From: Octopus sinensis
Lineage: Eukaryota
Direction: 5' to 3'
Length of the DNA stretch: 64,000 nucleotides
NCBI RefSeq assembly: GCF_006345805.1
Contig: NC_043008.1
Location: forward strand, 34,286,001 to 34,350,000
Positions 1 through 13,339 of this stretch are shown here, one piece after another. Under the pieces are notes generated by a model. It worked only from the letters and a program-made list of their open reading frames with translations, was not told the DNA's origin and did not search any database. Within the stretch, counting starts at the first letter, position 1, and every line of letters begins with the position of its first letter. The position numbers and the translations under genes are program-made.

Positions 1-2594
1 TTGCACGCGCCTCTATACAAACAAATAAACGCAAACAAAAGCTGAAATGACAGCTACTATTCTTAAAATTTAACCAGGATATTGCAGTTTTATAATTGAT
101 GTTGTTATAATTTTTCTTTAGTCTCAGATTCAAGGCAGCTCACTGTGACTATCGTGTCCTTTTCCAAAATCTAGGAGGCTACATTAACTAACGTATAGGT
201 TGTGGTTTGAGAGAGATTTGGCTGCTATTTGTGGCAGGTTGAATGGCTGTATAGATGCCCTATGGTTTTATTTTTTGTGTGCTTCACCTGTGGCCCAATT
301 AACAGAAGTGAGTCATTGATATACACCACATCCCTCACACAAGTGAAACTCACAACCATCAAAACGGCCAAGTTATTATTCGCTCACATTTGGGTTTGAG
401 GATTGTAAGCAAAGTATGATTACAGCACTTGCAAGAAAGTTACTCACCATTCATCCATAACCAGGGATAGAGGGCACCAGTGTTTTCTGACAGCTTGGAC
501 AAGGGTTGGTCAGAAAACTATTAACAAAGTTTTCATATGACAATGACAACAATAACGATGATGATGAATGCTGCTGTTTAGCTACCCACCAACTTCCACA
601 TCAATCCTAACTAAATGGAACTACAAAAGTATTTCAGCTCTGACCATCCCAACTATCTAGAGGGTATGTCAAATGTGTTCTTTGATAATCCCTTTTACTG
701 TGGAAATAAGACAAATCCACAGAATATTTTACTTACCTTAACTGTGGAAGGCAATTTTATATACTAAACTATCTTTTGTTGAGGAAAATCATACATGAAA
801 GTGTTTTGTTAAAACATATCAAATTTATTGAAGCAGGAAATACCAGTTCTACCAATTCTATTTTTTGGTAAATATTCAACATCATTACTGGAATAACCAT
901 GAAATTTAATTTCGCAGTAAAAGGATTAAGAGGACAGAGTGAATTTTGTAAGAGATTTGGTTGCTAGTTTTAGCAGATCTGGTTCACAGGTAAAAGCTAC
1001 CTCATTAATTCAATGATGATGATAATGAGGATGCTTTCTCTGAGGCCACAGCATGTCTCATGAGACCATGGACAGCAACCTGGAAGACTCTTCTCCAAGG
1101 CAAAGGTTCTTTTTATAAAAGATCAGTGGTTCTCCATACATAGAAGTTTCCTTTCTGTATGCTAGCAACGTGGCTCAAGGAAAGACAATAAATAAATAAA
1201 AATAACAAAAATATAAAAAAAGTATCATTGCCATCCAAAAGCAAATAATTGGAACTGATATGGTTAATGAAGAAGACCAATTATGTTAATGAACCAAAGA
1301 GATAAAATGTATAAATAAAACCATGATGAGACATGACAATAAAAATCCTTCATACGGCTCAGTAATTTTGATTGATATCTGATCCTTGCAATGAAAAATA
1401 GCAGAAATAGGCATTATGCAATAATCGATGTAGGTCAGGCACAGTAATATTGTAATCTTCAGTGAGAGACAACTGGGGCACCTGTTAACCTCAAAAATCA
1501 AACTAGAAAATGTCTAACCAATGGTAATGTCATTTTAAGGTTGTACCAGATTTTCTTTCCTTTTTCCTGTTCTCATTTTGCAAATAACATGGCGATCTCG
1601 CAAGTGCTGGTGGCATGAAAAATAACACTGATTTGCATTAGGAAGGGCACAAGCTGTAGAAACCATGCCAAAGTTGACATGATCCTGGTACGCACCAGAC
1701 CCCGCTAAATCACCCAACACAAGCCAGTACAGAAAAAGGACATTAAAGGATAATGATGATGATGTGCTTAAGTGCCAAAACAACCAACATTAACAGCACT
1801 GGATCGCGCATAGGTTTTATCTTCATGGTTGCATCACTTGTAAGAGATGGTAGCCAAATCTCTCTCAAATGTACCTTGTCTTGGACATATTAGATAACGT
1901 GGTCCTTGGTTTCCTGCATACATGAAAATAGATGTGATGGTCATGGCTAGAATGTTTTTGTTTTATCAGAACTGACGTCCACTAAACCACTAACATTGCG
2001 TTATAGTGAAGTTATCTCACTTTCTATATTTTTCTAGCTTTTGATCCTTTTGGTGTCAACCCTCGCCTGGTTCTATGATCAAACTTCTTATTTAAAGAAA
2101 TCTAGATCAAAATCATCCAAATACCAGCTTTATAATGAGTTATTTTATTAAATTCTTTGTTATTTTCAAAATTACAGGAAATAAAGGCAATATATTTCCA
2201 TAAAAATTATCATCATCAGCAGCAGCATCATTTAACATCCAGCCATGCTGGCTCAGTTTGATGGGTGCTTTTTATGTGGCACCAGCACAGGAAATATGAT
2301 AGCAAAATGGTTAAACTCCCCTAGAAGGAGTTTTTGTCTGTCAGATGCATAGATTGAAACCTATCAGTGGATCTGCTGTTCTTTAACGTCTGAATCATGA
2401 CTAGCAGAATTAGTGATGCATCAGACTGAAAGCACCTATTCCCTGTTTTCATTCATTATCAAGACACATTCTCTAGACTACTAATAGATATGAATATTTC
2501 TATCTGAAATATTACTAATTAAAGTCATTAAAATGACTGATTAAAATATGAACTAAAAAAAAAGTCAATAAATTCATACAAAAATCTTTTTTAA

Positions 2595-2946
2595 AGTGGC
2601 TGTGTAGTTAAAAAGCTTGTTTCTCAACCATGAGGTCCTGGGACAATTGTCTTCTATTGTAGCTCCAGGATGACTAATGCTTTGTGATTGTATTTAGTTG
2701 ACAGAAACTGAAAGAAGCCCATCACATGTGTGTCTTAGTGTACGTGTTTATCCCCAACCACTGGTTGACAACTGGCATTGGTTTGATTGCATCCCTGTAA
2801 CTTAGGAGTTCACTGAAAGAAAGTTATAGAATAAGTAACAGGCTTACAAAGTAAGTGCTGAGGTCGATTTATTTGAGTAAGGCCTTCAAGGCAGTGCCCC
2901 AGCCTGGCTGCGAGTCCAATGACTGAAACATGTAAAAGACAAAAGA
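2595..2946 (+). mobile_element. tRNA-headed SINE, family A (agtggctgtgtggtaag...gactgaaacaagtaaaag)
   Basis: Similar to about 10 other copies in the window; degenerate. Confidence 0.8.
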
Positions 2947-3821
2947 TAGACAACAATCATAATGAAATCATTGTAAAGAACAACAAAAACACTATTATTT
3001 TTTTGGTATTTTTTTATGCTTCATATAATCTTTATTATTACAGAAAATATCTTTCTACAGAATTTGTTCTGGTAACTTCCTGCAGCCAAAACACAGTTTG
3101 GAATGGTCAACTATTAAACAACAGTGAAACTGAAACAGAACAGTTGCAGCGCGAGAGAGTTGAGGAGAAGGGGCAGGGCACATGGGGGGTCTGGTCTGAC
3201 ACATTTTTGAAAGACGACATTGGCTAAGAGAACGAGGGTGGGCAAACAAAGGAGAGAAAAAAAAAACAGATTATGAAAAAAAAAATAACAGAGTCATAAC
3301 AGAAGGATGAGGTAAAGACAGGTGAAAGAGGAAGGAAAATTAAGTAACTGAATAAAATATCTGTGAAAAATGTAAGGTAGATTATATAAGATTGAACAGA
3401 AAGAATATTCGTCTTTAGTGATTATTCCAGCACAATATCACATTACAGATAGGGTAGAAAACAAAATCATACCATTTTCCCAACTAGAATGGTTAATTAA
3501 TCTCAATATTAATGACAAGTATTAAAAGAAAGATCATACAAAAGTTATCTATATGTATGTGTGAGTATAACGCAAGTGAACTGGTAGTCTATGAATCACT
3601 TCATAAGATTGTCATATTGCATATTTCACTCCATCAGGTGCATGGACAACTTAATGCTGTTTGGAGTAAAATGAAAGTATGTGTTACAGGAATATTTGAA
3701 GTGTGGGAGTGAGGTCAGGTTACTTGAGATTTCTGCTTGAGTGTTGAAGCATATTACTTTGTATATATATATATACACATATGTATGTGTGTATATAAAC
3801 ATATAATTGTATATGCACTAA

Positions 3822-4085
3822 GCGTGGAGGCGTGTGGCTTAATGGTTAGGGTGTCAACATCACGATCGTAAGATAGTGGTTTTGATTCCTGGACTGGGCG
3901 ACGTGTTGTGTTCTTGAGCAAAACACTTCATTTCACGTTGCTCCAGTCCACTCAGCTGGCAAAAATGAGTAATGCTGCGATGGACTGGTGTCCCATCCAG
4001 CTGGGGAGCACATACGCCATTGAAACCGGGAAAGCAGGCCCATGAGCCTGGCTAGGCTTTAAAAGGAGCATTTATTTATTATTTA
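3822..4085 (+). mobile_element. tRNA-derived SINE, family C (V/Meta-like core)
   Basis: A-box tggcttaatgg, B-box-like ggttttgattcc, core ttcttgagcaaaacacttcatttcacgttgctccagtccactcagc, (ttta)n tail. Related copies near 17860-18150, 38930-39115 and 41780-41920. Confidence 0.8.
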
Positions 4086-4371
4086 TTATATACACTAAGC
4101 ACAGTGAATCAGCACTAAAAGAGAGATAAGTCTCTTGAATAATAACCTAAGTAAACTCCAACACTTCAAAATATACCCATAATCTGATGAGTGAACTACA
4201 CAACTATGGCAATCTCATGAAACAATTCATAGAGTACGCCATCAAGCATATTAAACTAAAATTAACTGTATTAATCTGGCAACGAGTGCTCTTGCTTGCT
4301 ATATAAGACAATTACACATACATACAATTATACATGACATATACATACATACATACACACAAAGAGAGTAT

Positions 4372-4517
4372 ACTAAGAAGCTTGCTTCCCAACCACATTG
4401 TTCCGGGTTCAGTCCTACTGTGTGGAACCTTGGGCAAGTGTCTTCTACTATAGCCTTGGGCCAATCAACGCCTTGTGAGTGGATTTAGTTGACGGAAACT
4501 GAAAGAAGCCTGTCATA

Positions 4518-4555
<38 letters not shown>

Positions 4556-4755
4556 GTGTGTGTGTATGAATCCCCCCCACCATCATTTGCAATTGATGTT
4601 GGAGCATTTAAGTCCTCAAAACATTAGCTGTTCGACAAAAGAGAACAATAGAATAAGTACTAGGCTTACAAAGAATAAGCCCTGGGGTCGATTTCTTCGA
4701 CTAAAGGCATTGCTCCAGCATGGTCACAGTCAAATGACTGAAACAATTAAAACTA
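4372..4755 (+). mobile_element. SINE family A
   Basis: Internal (TA)n(GT)n and the shared 3' gactgaaac tail. Confidence 0.8.
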
Positions 4756-5049
4756 AATATATATATATATATATACATACACACACAGACAAATATATAT
4801 ATTAGGGGGTCAGACAAATACCAAACAAAACTAAAAATGACAATTTACCTGTATGTATATGGATATGTAAATATGCATGTGTGTGTTACATAATTATTTT
4901 AAAGGAAGTTAAAGAATAAGAATGAAACACATAGTGATGGTTGCGAGAGAGCACTCAATAAAATTTGTGTTGACTGGGACTTCAATTGACTGGTGGTTTA
5001 CTGAACTGATTAGATAAGCCATCCAGTAAGACTAAAAAGTCCTGTCAAT

Positions 5050-5383
5050 GCAAATTATATATGTACACACACCATTATATATATATTATATATATATATA
5101 TATATATATTAGATATATATATACTATAAATATATATATATACATATATACTACATATATAATACATATATATAACATATATATATACATATTATATATA
5201 TATATATATACATATATACACTATACATATACTAATATACTATACATATACATATATAATATACATATTATATATATACATATACATAATATACATATAT
5301 ATATACATATACATATATATATTATACATATACATATATACATATACATTATATACATTATATATATATATACATATATACAC

Positions 5384-5433
<50 letters not shown>

Positions 5434-5598
5434 ATATACATATATATATATATATATACATATATTATTATATATATATAATATATATATTATATTATAC
5501 ATATATATATATATATTACATCTATATATTATATATAATATATATATATAACATCTATATATATATATACATATATATATTATATATATATACATATA

Positions 5599-5633
<35 letters not shown>

Positions 5634-5849
5634 CATACATATATATATATATATATATACATAATATATCTATATATATACATACATATATATATATATA
5701 TATATACATATATATAATATATATACATATATATATATAATATATACATATAATATATATATACAAATATATATATATATACTATAATATAATATATATA
5801 TATCTAATATATATATATATATATATTATATATATAATATATATAATAG

Positions 5850-5880
<31 letters not shown>

Positions 5881-5993
5881 ATATATATATATATATAATA
5901 ACATATATATATATATATATATATAATATACATATATTATCTAATATATATATATATAACATATATATATATATATATCACATATATATAATA

Positions 5994-6026
<33 letters not shown>

Positions 6027-6230
6027 CATATATATTATATATATATAATACATATATTATTAATATATAATATATATATATATATATTATATATATATAT
6101 ATACACCAAATATATATACATACATATATTATACATAATATATATATACATTACATAATACACATATATACATATACATACATATATACACATACAGACA
6201 TATATATATTATATATATGTATATATACAT
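5050..6230. repeat. About 1.2-kb degenerate (AT)n / (ATAC) microsatellite field
   Basis: Almost exclusively alternating A and T with scattered C; source of the spurious IYIY ORFs. Confidence 0.97.
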
Positions 6231-6240
6231 ATCAATCTAT

Positions 6241-6880
6241 GAGGCAATGACTAGTGACCGAGATCTTTGGAAATATGCTGTGCTTGCAAAGACCCAGCAA
6301 GCCAAGTGAGACCATAACACGTGGCCTATACCAGTGATGTAACCAGCCTACTTATGCATACCTTTCCTTCATTGGATACTAAACTCTGCTTGCAAAGACC
6401 TGTTGAGGCAAGTGAAATCGAAATCAAATTCGATGACAGCACCGCATGACTAGCATCTGCGCTAGTAGAGTGCTAAGAGCATCATCCAAGCATGATCGTT
6501 GCCAGGGCCACTCACTGGCTCCCACGCCAGTGGCACATAAAAAGCACCATTTGAGCATGATCATTACCAGTGCCTTACTGGCACTTGTGCCAGTGGCCCC
6601 TGAAAAAGCAACATTCAAGCAAGGTTATTGCCAGTGCCACTGGACTGGCTCCTGTGCACGTGGCATGTAAAAAATACCATTTGAGCGTGGCTGTTACCAG
6701 TGGCACGTAAAATCACCCACTACACTATCAGAGTGGTTGGCATCCAGCTGTAGAAACTCTGCCAGATCAGATTGGAGCCTGGTGCAGCCACCTGGCTTGC
6801 CAGTCCTCAGTCAAAGCGTCCAACCCATGTCAGCATGGAAAGTGGACATTAAATGATGATGATGATGATGATGATGATGA
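6241..6880 (+). mobile_element. 5'-truncated RTE-like LINE 3' end with (GAT)n tail and 23-bp target-site duplication
   Basis: Starts with EAMTSDRDLWKYAVLAKTQQAK* and ends in (GAT)n. tgtatatatacatatcaatctat occurs at 6218-6240 and again at 6881-6903. Confidence 0.8.
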
Positions 6881-7014
6881 TGTATATATACATATCAATC
6901 TATATATACATATATATATTATATTATATTATGTATTGTATATATATATATATAATATATATATATATAATACACATATGTTAGATATAAAGTACATACA
7001 TACATATATTATGT

Positions 7015-8575
7015 GAGAATTACCAAAAAAACAACAAAAATAGAGAGGAGTGTGTAAAACAACCGATGTATTAGTTTTATGCTCGGGAAGTGAGAAGTCT
7101 TTTTTTACATTTCGAGCCTACTACGTCTTCGACAAAAAGGATCACAGAAATATAACAGGAGAGAAAATAGAAATCGTTTGGTGGCTAGCGATCTATCATA
7201 GAGAGCTAGAATGGGGAGATAATGAAGTAGTGGTGATACCAAAACAAAGGTACACATGGGTATATGAGAGCGTGTGTGTGGAAGGGGGCTGGTGACCTTG
7301 ACATGTATGTGTGTGTAGGTGTGTGGATGATGGTGTAGGTGCTGGGAAGTGGTCAGTGCTAGTGTGTGCAGGGTAGTATGATGTGGTGTGGTGTGGTATT
7401 GTGATGTGGTATGGTGGTATGTTGCATGGTGATGTGATGTGGTGGGGTGTGGGGGAGGCGAGAGTGGAGGAAGCAATGGTGGGAGTCTAAGGGATGGGGT
7501 GGGGTGGAATGGGATGTATAGGGATGGTGGGTTTGGAATGTGTAGGTGTGGGTAACAAGGGAGGGGAGAAGATGGGTAGGAGTGAAGAGAAGAAGTAGGT
7601 GCCAGAGAAATATAGGTGGGTGGGAGGAAGTAGGTGTGAGAGGAAGAGAGGAGGAGGGTTAGATGAAGAGGGGAGGAGAGTTGAGCCCATGTGGTGCAAA
7701 GGAGCAAAGAGAGAAGATTAATCCCTGCTCACATCGAAGATGGGAGTCTGGGTGGCTCCTGTGCAAGGGCAATCCAAACACAGACAGGTGTTGTAAAGAG
7801 TGACCGGTAGAGCAGAAATGGCATGACACTGAGTTGTCATTGCCAGTCTGAAGTCTCGGAGGTATTCTGCAAACCAGTCAGCCAAGCAGTGTCCTGTTTG
7901 ACTGATGTATAGAGAAGGACAGAAAGAGCAGGAGATGCAGTAGATGACGTTGCTAGAAGTGCAGGTGAAGGAGTCAGTGATATGATAGGGTTGATGATGG
8001 GTGCCTGTGAGGAGGGTGGTGTCGAAGAGGTATGGGCAAGTGTGGCAGCAGAGGTACAAGCTGGGTTGAGAGGTTGGGTTAGGGAAGAAGCTGTGGACCA
8101 AGAGGTCTCATTTGAAGGAGGGGAAGGGTTGGTTAGGGAAGATGTGCGAAGTGGAGGGGTCGGACGGGAGGTGCCGAAAAGCTGAGAATGGTGCATTGGA
8201 GAGGTAGGGTGGTGGGGTGGTAGGTGAGGGGAAATGGGGGACTTGTGACAGCAGGGTGAGTGTGGGGGAGAGAGCAGCTGCATGGTCCATAGAATGTGCC
8301 CTGGCATGGGAGATGTGGATAATGGTGAGGAGATATTGATGTAGGGTGAAGTGATGAGCTATGAGTTGAGACTTAGTCTCAAAGTCATGGTTGTCACTGC
8401 AGAGCCTGCGTAGATGGAGGAATTGGGAATATGGGATGGAGAGCTTGGTGTGTTTAGGGTGGGAGTAGGAGTTGAGGTATCAATGTGAGTCTGTGTGTTT
8501 GTAGTGGATGGAGGTGGTGAGAGTGGAGTCATGAAGTCTGACTGAAAGTCAAGAAAGGTGACTGAGGTGTCAGAA
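7015..8575 (-). mobile_element. Penelope-like element remnant (RT thumb, GIY-YIG endonuclease and pLTR), frameshifted
   Basis: ISDTSVTFLD and IPYSQFLHLRRLCSDNHDF (about 8390-8575); FTCTSSNVIYCISCSFCPSLYISQTG..LADWFAEYLRD (about 7850-7990); pLTR-like tail at about 7015-7200. Confidence 0.88.
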
Positions 8576-8590
8576 ATATATATACACATG

Positions 8591-8624
<34 letters not shown>

Positions 8625-8639
8625 TATATAATTAAAACA

Positions 8640-8815
8640 TTTAACATATATAAACATTCGAAACTGCAAGGATAATCTGGTTCTTGACTGAAGATAGAAA
8701 ACTTCAAATGACCCGTCCTTGTTTCCTTTGTATCGTCTTTCTGGATGTCTTGTCCCCTTTTTGTATCACCTAGTTGTCTGGATGTTTTGCATTCTTGTCC
8801 CATTTTGTATTTTAT
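8640..8815 (+). repeat. Retroelement 3'-end fragment related to 42300-42445
   Basis: Shares ggttcttgactgaRga...gtcc...gtRtcgtc...ttcttgtccc with 42335-42430. Confidence 0.55.
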
Positions 8816-9314
8816 ATATACATATATAATTAGATAGATAGATATGCACATATACATATATATACATACGTGTATATATATTTATATACATATATATACA
8901 TGTATATATATGTATTTATATTTATATACATATATAGATAGATATACAAATATATCTATATATATATAGATATATATACAAACATTTACCGCTTAATAAT
9001 ATACATCTCAATTTTTTATTACACCAATGTATTATAACTTTTAAATCCAAAATTCTGTTTTATGTATCCCATTGATATTTATCTATTTATATGTATTTTT
9101 ATATTTATGTATTTGTAATTTTTATATCTGTTTTATAAATGTAGAAGAATATATGTATAGATTTGATTTTGAGTGTGGCTATTAATTATGTTCCTCTTGC
9201 ATTGCCTCCATTGAGACATTAAACGGAATATAGCACTAAAACTCGAGTCTGTATTTTATTTGCAAGTATTGTTAACACTAGCAATCTCAAAATATAGCTG
9301 TGTATTTTATACCA

Positions 9315-9344
<30 letters not shown>

Positions 9345-9348
<4 letters not shown>

Positions 9349-10440
9349 TAGCTGACGTACCTGGTAATTCCTGGAAAACCAGGGTTTATCCCTTGGTTCC
9401 GTTCTCATAATTATTTCACTAATCCAATAACAATAATACAAAGTATGTAGCCCTTAAACCGATTTTTGTGTATTTTAGAGGATCTTGTTTTTAGGAATTT
9501 CCAATTAGTTATGAATACCCAAATTGTTAAGTCAGTTATGTAATAACCACATGTGGATTTTCCTTGACCTCCCATAGCTTGCAATCGGGTGTGCAGGTCA
9601 AGTAATGTCACATTGTAAATGGCATTACTGAACATGGCAATTTCCACTGACGTTTGCCTTTGAATCTTTTCTAGATGTCCTTTGCCATGCTGGTTTTGTG
9701 GATTGCCCAAAGCTTGTGAGGTTCACGCAAGTCACATCATGAACATGATAGAAAATAGCTGGCGCAGTTGACTTAGTGCTGTGCTGACTGCTGCCTCCTC
9801 CAGAGTCTGGTCCCAGTGAGCATCATCCTCAAGTAGTCCATGTTTGGCACAGGCTTCTCTGTAGGTCGTGCAGACTTCCCATTGTGTCTTCAAAAGTCTT
9901 TGAATGATGTAGGACCTCTGACTGTAGGTAGCAGTAGATGCAAAAAGAAGCACACTTGCTAATTAGGGAGCACAGTGTATACCCACCCGATTGCCCCCCA
10001 CTTCTGAAGACAGCATCTTCTTTCCCGCCCTCAATGCATGTTCCTTGCTTGCATCTGTTTCATCTATTGTGTACCCAGGTATAGTACACATGGATCTCTA
10101 TATATAACAGTGTTCGGGCAAACGTCACATTGGCATAATTTGAAGAAAGCTGTCAAAGTGGTTTCTCATGGATTCAGAACATGTCGAGCATTGTCTTCTA
10201 TGAAATATACACGCTGGCCATTTTCAAGATGTACAGATAGATTTTAAGAAGGTATTCCTACATGTAAACAGGATCATGAAAGGCATTGTCATTCATGGTA
10301 TATTCGTGAATAAGTCACTAACCGAAATAAGTGGATCTATTGTTTGGGAACATGCTATTTACTTGTTTATGGGTTGTACTGGATAAATTGTGAAAATAAC
10401 TCTAACATACTCAATTTGATTTATACCAAATAATATAGAA
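9345..10440 (-). pseudogene. Internally deleted Helitron with Rep/helicase remnant
   Basis: HLENGQRVYF..ETTLTAFFKLC..TVRGPTSFKD..TYREACAKHGLLEDDAHWDQTLEEAA (about 9650-10250). Hairpin plus gtcagctac (decayed CTAG) 3' end near 9348. 5' limit uncertain. Confidence 0.85.
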
Positions 10441-10489
10441 AAATGAAGAGGTTATTTCCATTGGCTGTTAAAATAAAATGTATTCATCA

Positions 10490-10600
10490 TCATCATTGTT
10501 TGACCGTGGTCGAGACAATGTAATTTACCATGCTATGCCAGACTTCGCGGTCCATCATGGCATTACGGAGGTCCTGTTGCTGGATGCCTGTATTAGTTAC
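10490..10600 (-). mobile_element. RTE-like LINE extreme 3' end
   Basis: IQQQDLRNAMMDREVWHSMVNYIVSTTVKQ* followed by a (GAT)n tail. Confidence 0.6.
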
Positions 10601-10948
10601 ATATAAGGATCCCTTCCAGGGGCCCTATTATCGATTTTTTTTTCAACCTGAGTATGACACAAGTTTCTAAACATGAATTCTACTCATATATCAAATTTCA
10701 TCAAAATCGATAACACGATGGAGGAGTTGGCTAACAACTCCACAAACACACCCACAGACAGAATTGCCCACATATGTAGTAGATATACACACACACACAC
10801 ACACATATATATATACTTAAATATATACACATACATAAATATACATACATATATTCATATATATACACACATATATATCCATATTTATATATATATAATG
10901 CATATATATATCAATATTTATATATATATATAATGCATATATATATCC

Positions 10949-10980
<32 letters not shown>

Positions 10981-11205
10981 ATGCATATATATCTACATAT
11001 ATATATGTGTGTATATATATATATATAATGCATATATATCTACATATATATATATGTGTGTATATATATATATAATATATATATATATATATACACACAT
11101 ACATTTGAATTAATGATGTAGCTCAGTCAATGGTGGTGCTCAAGCATGCCCACAACTTTGAAGCTGAAACATTTTAAAATATATATACACAAACATATAT
11201 ATGTC

Positions 11206-11236
<31 letters not shown>

Positions 11237-11457
11237 ATATATATTGCTAAATTTTAAACTTGACCTACATTGGCAAAAACGCTCACGAACTTCAGCACAT
11301 GTGTTTTCCATGTACTTTATATGCATTCCTTAAATAACACGATATCATATTAAACAAGACACAAGCAAGCACAGCACAATGAAACCATTTAAGGTGAAAA
11401 TAGATTAACTAAAAGAAACCCAGAATCTACAGAATCTGATTGTTGGTCTACAGTATC

Positions 11458-11507
<50 letters not shown>

Positions 11508-11642
11508 GAGTAAATGTGTACATATATATATATATGTGTGTGTGTGTATGTACTTTTATGTGTGTATATATATATTTATATCTATGTATATATACATGCG
11601 CATACATTACCTTCTGTACCTGCATACTTATAGTTGGTACTA

Positions 11643-12070
11643 TCGTGGTCATGTGATTAAAGTCTGAGCCTGATCACACCATTTTTGTTTCTGGCTTTAG
11701 AGTGTAAGTATAGCTGCTCCACTAGCTATGTTGATGAAAGAGCAGTGGTCTGATTTCTGTGGTCAGAAGGTGTGTCACATGCTGAAATTCATCAGAGGCA
11801 GAAATGTGTATGAGTGGATCATGAAGAAGTAGCCAGACAAGTGTGATGCATGACGAGGGAGCAGGACACTTGTCAACCTCCACCAATGATGAGAAGATTC
11901 AGAAAACTCAAAAGATGGGAATGGTAAACCAGTTCACCGTTACCATCTCTCAGATCACTGCTCTTCGTTCTATTTTGGTGTGCATGGCTAGTGGAACAGC
12001 CATGCTCACACTCTAAAGCTAGTAAGAAAAATAGTGCAATCAGGCCCAAACTTCAAATACGTAACCACAA
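11643..12070 (+). mobile_element. Mariner deletion derivative (MITE-like), TA TSD, copy 1
   Basis: TIRs tcgtggtcatgtgattaaagtctgagcctga and tcaggcccaaacttcaaatacgtaaccacaa. Remnant LWSEGVSHAEIHQR..VYEWI..HDEGAGHLSTSTNDEKI. Confidence 0.8.
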
Positions 12071-12324
12071 TATAGTACTAACTATAAGCACACATGTGCA
12101 GAAGGTAGTGTGACAATAATAAAGATATGTTATGGCAAAAGTGCAGACAATTTTTTACTTCCCCTCATATATATACACACACAACCTACATTATATATAA
12201 TATATATATATACACACATACATTTGAATTAATGATGTAGCTCAGTCAATGGTGGTGCTCAAGCATGCCCACAACTTTGAAGCTGAAACATTTTAAAATA
12301 TATATACACAAACATATATATGTC

Positions 12325-12355
<31 letters not shown>

Positions 12356-12574
12356 ATATATATTGCTAAATTTTAAACTTGACCTACATTGGCAAAAACG
12401 CTCACGAACTTCAGCACATGTGTTTTCCATGTACTTTATATGCATCCTTAAATAACACGATATCATATTAAACAAGACACAAGCAAGCACAGCACAATGA
12501 AACATTTAAGGTGAAAATAGATTAACTAAAAGAAACCCAGAATCTACAGAATCTGATTGTTGGTCTACAGTATC

Positions 12575-12628
<54 letters not shown>

Positions 12629-12763
12629 GAGTAAATGTGTACATATATATATATATGTGTGTGTGTGTATGTACTTTTATGTGTGTATATATATATTTAT
12701 ATCTATGTATATATACATGCGCATACATTACCTTCTGTACCTGCATACTTATAGTTGGTACTA

Positions 12764-13188
12764 TCGTGGTCATGTGATTAAAGTCTGAGCCTGATCACAC
12801 CATTTTTGTTTCTGGCTTTAGAGTGTAAGTATAGCTGCTCCACTAGCTATGTTGATGAAAGAGCAGTGGTCTGATTTCTGTGGTCAGAAGGTGTGTCACA
12901 TGCTGAAATTCATCAGAGGCAGAATGTGTATGAGTGGATCATGAAGAAGTAGCCAGACAAGTGTGATGCATGACGAGGGAGCAGGACACTTGTCAACCTC
13001 CACCAATGATGAGAAGATTCAGAAAACTCAAAAGATGGGAATGGTAAACCAGTTCACCGTTACCATCTCTCAGATCACTGCTCTTCGTTCTATTTGGTGT
13101 GCATGGCTAGTGGAACAGCCATGCTCACACTCTAAAGCTAGTAGAAAAATAGTGCAATCAGGCCCAAACTTCAAATACGTAACCACAA
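12764..13188 (+). mobile_element. Mariner deletion derivative, copy 2 (within the duplication)
   Basis: Same structure as 11643-12070. Confidence 0.8.
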
Positions 13189-13339
13189 TATAGTACTAAC
13201 TATAAGCACACATGTGCAGAAGGTAGTGTGACAATAATAAAGATATGTTATGGCAAAAGTGCAGACAATTTTTTACTTCCCCTCATATATATACACACAC
13301 AAACCTACATTATATATAATATATATATATACATACATA

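Larger units (their letters stand above)
11102..13337. repeat. Tandem duplication of an about 1.12-kb unit (11102-12220 and 12221-13337)
   Basis: Unit starts catttgaattaatgatgtagctc at 11102 and 12221; copies are nearly identical. Confidence 0.97.

Noticed and set aside
737-763. 27-nt minus-strand microexon candidate (YIKLPSTVK) with a perfect gtaagt donor
   Set aside because: Acceptor lacks a polypyrimidine tract and no partner exons were found.
4180-4240. CTGATGA...GAAAC arrangement
   Set aside because: Stem I cannot form.
5048-5766. Long ORFs rich in I/Y/M/C/V/H/T (also near 8359, 10673, 11389, 13890, 36494)
   Set aside because: Translations of (AT)n, (GT)n and (CA)n microsatellites.
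9195-9256. AAAC-TCGA-GTC palindrome resembling hammerhead stem III
   Set aside because: No CUGANGA core upstream and G12 is missing.
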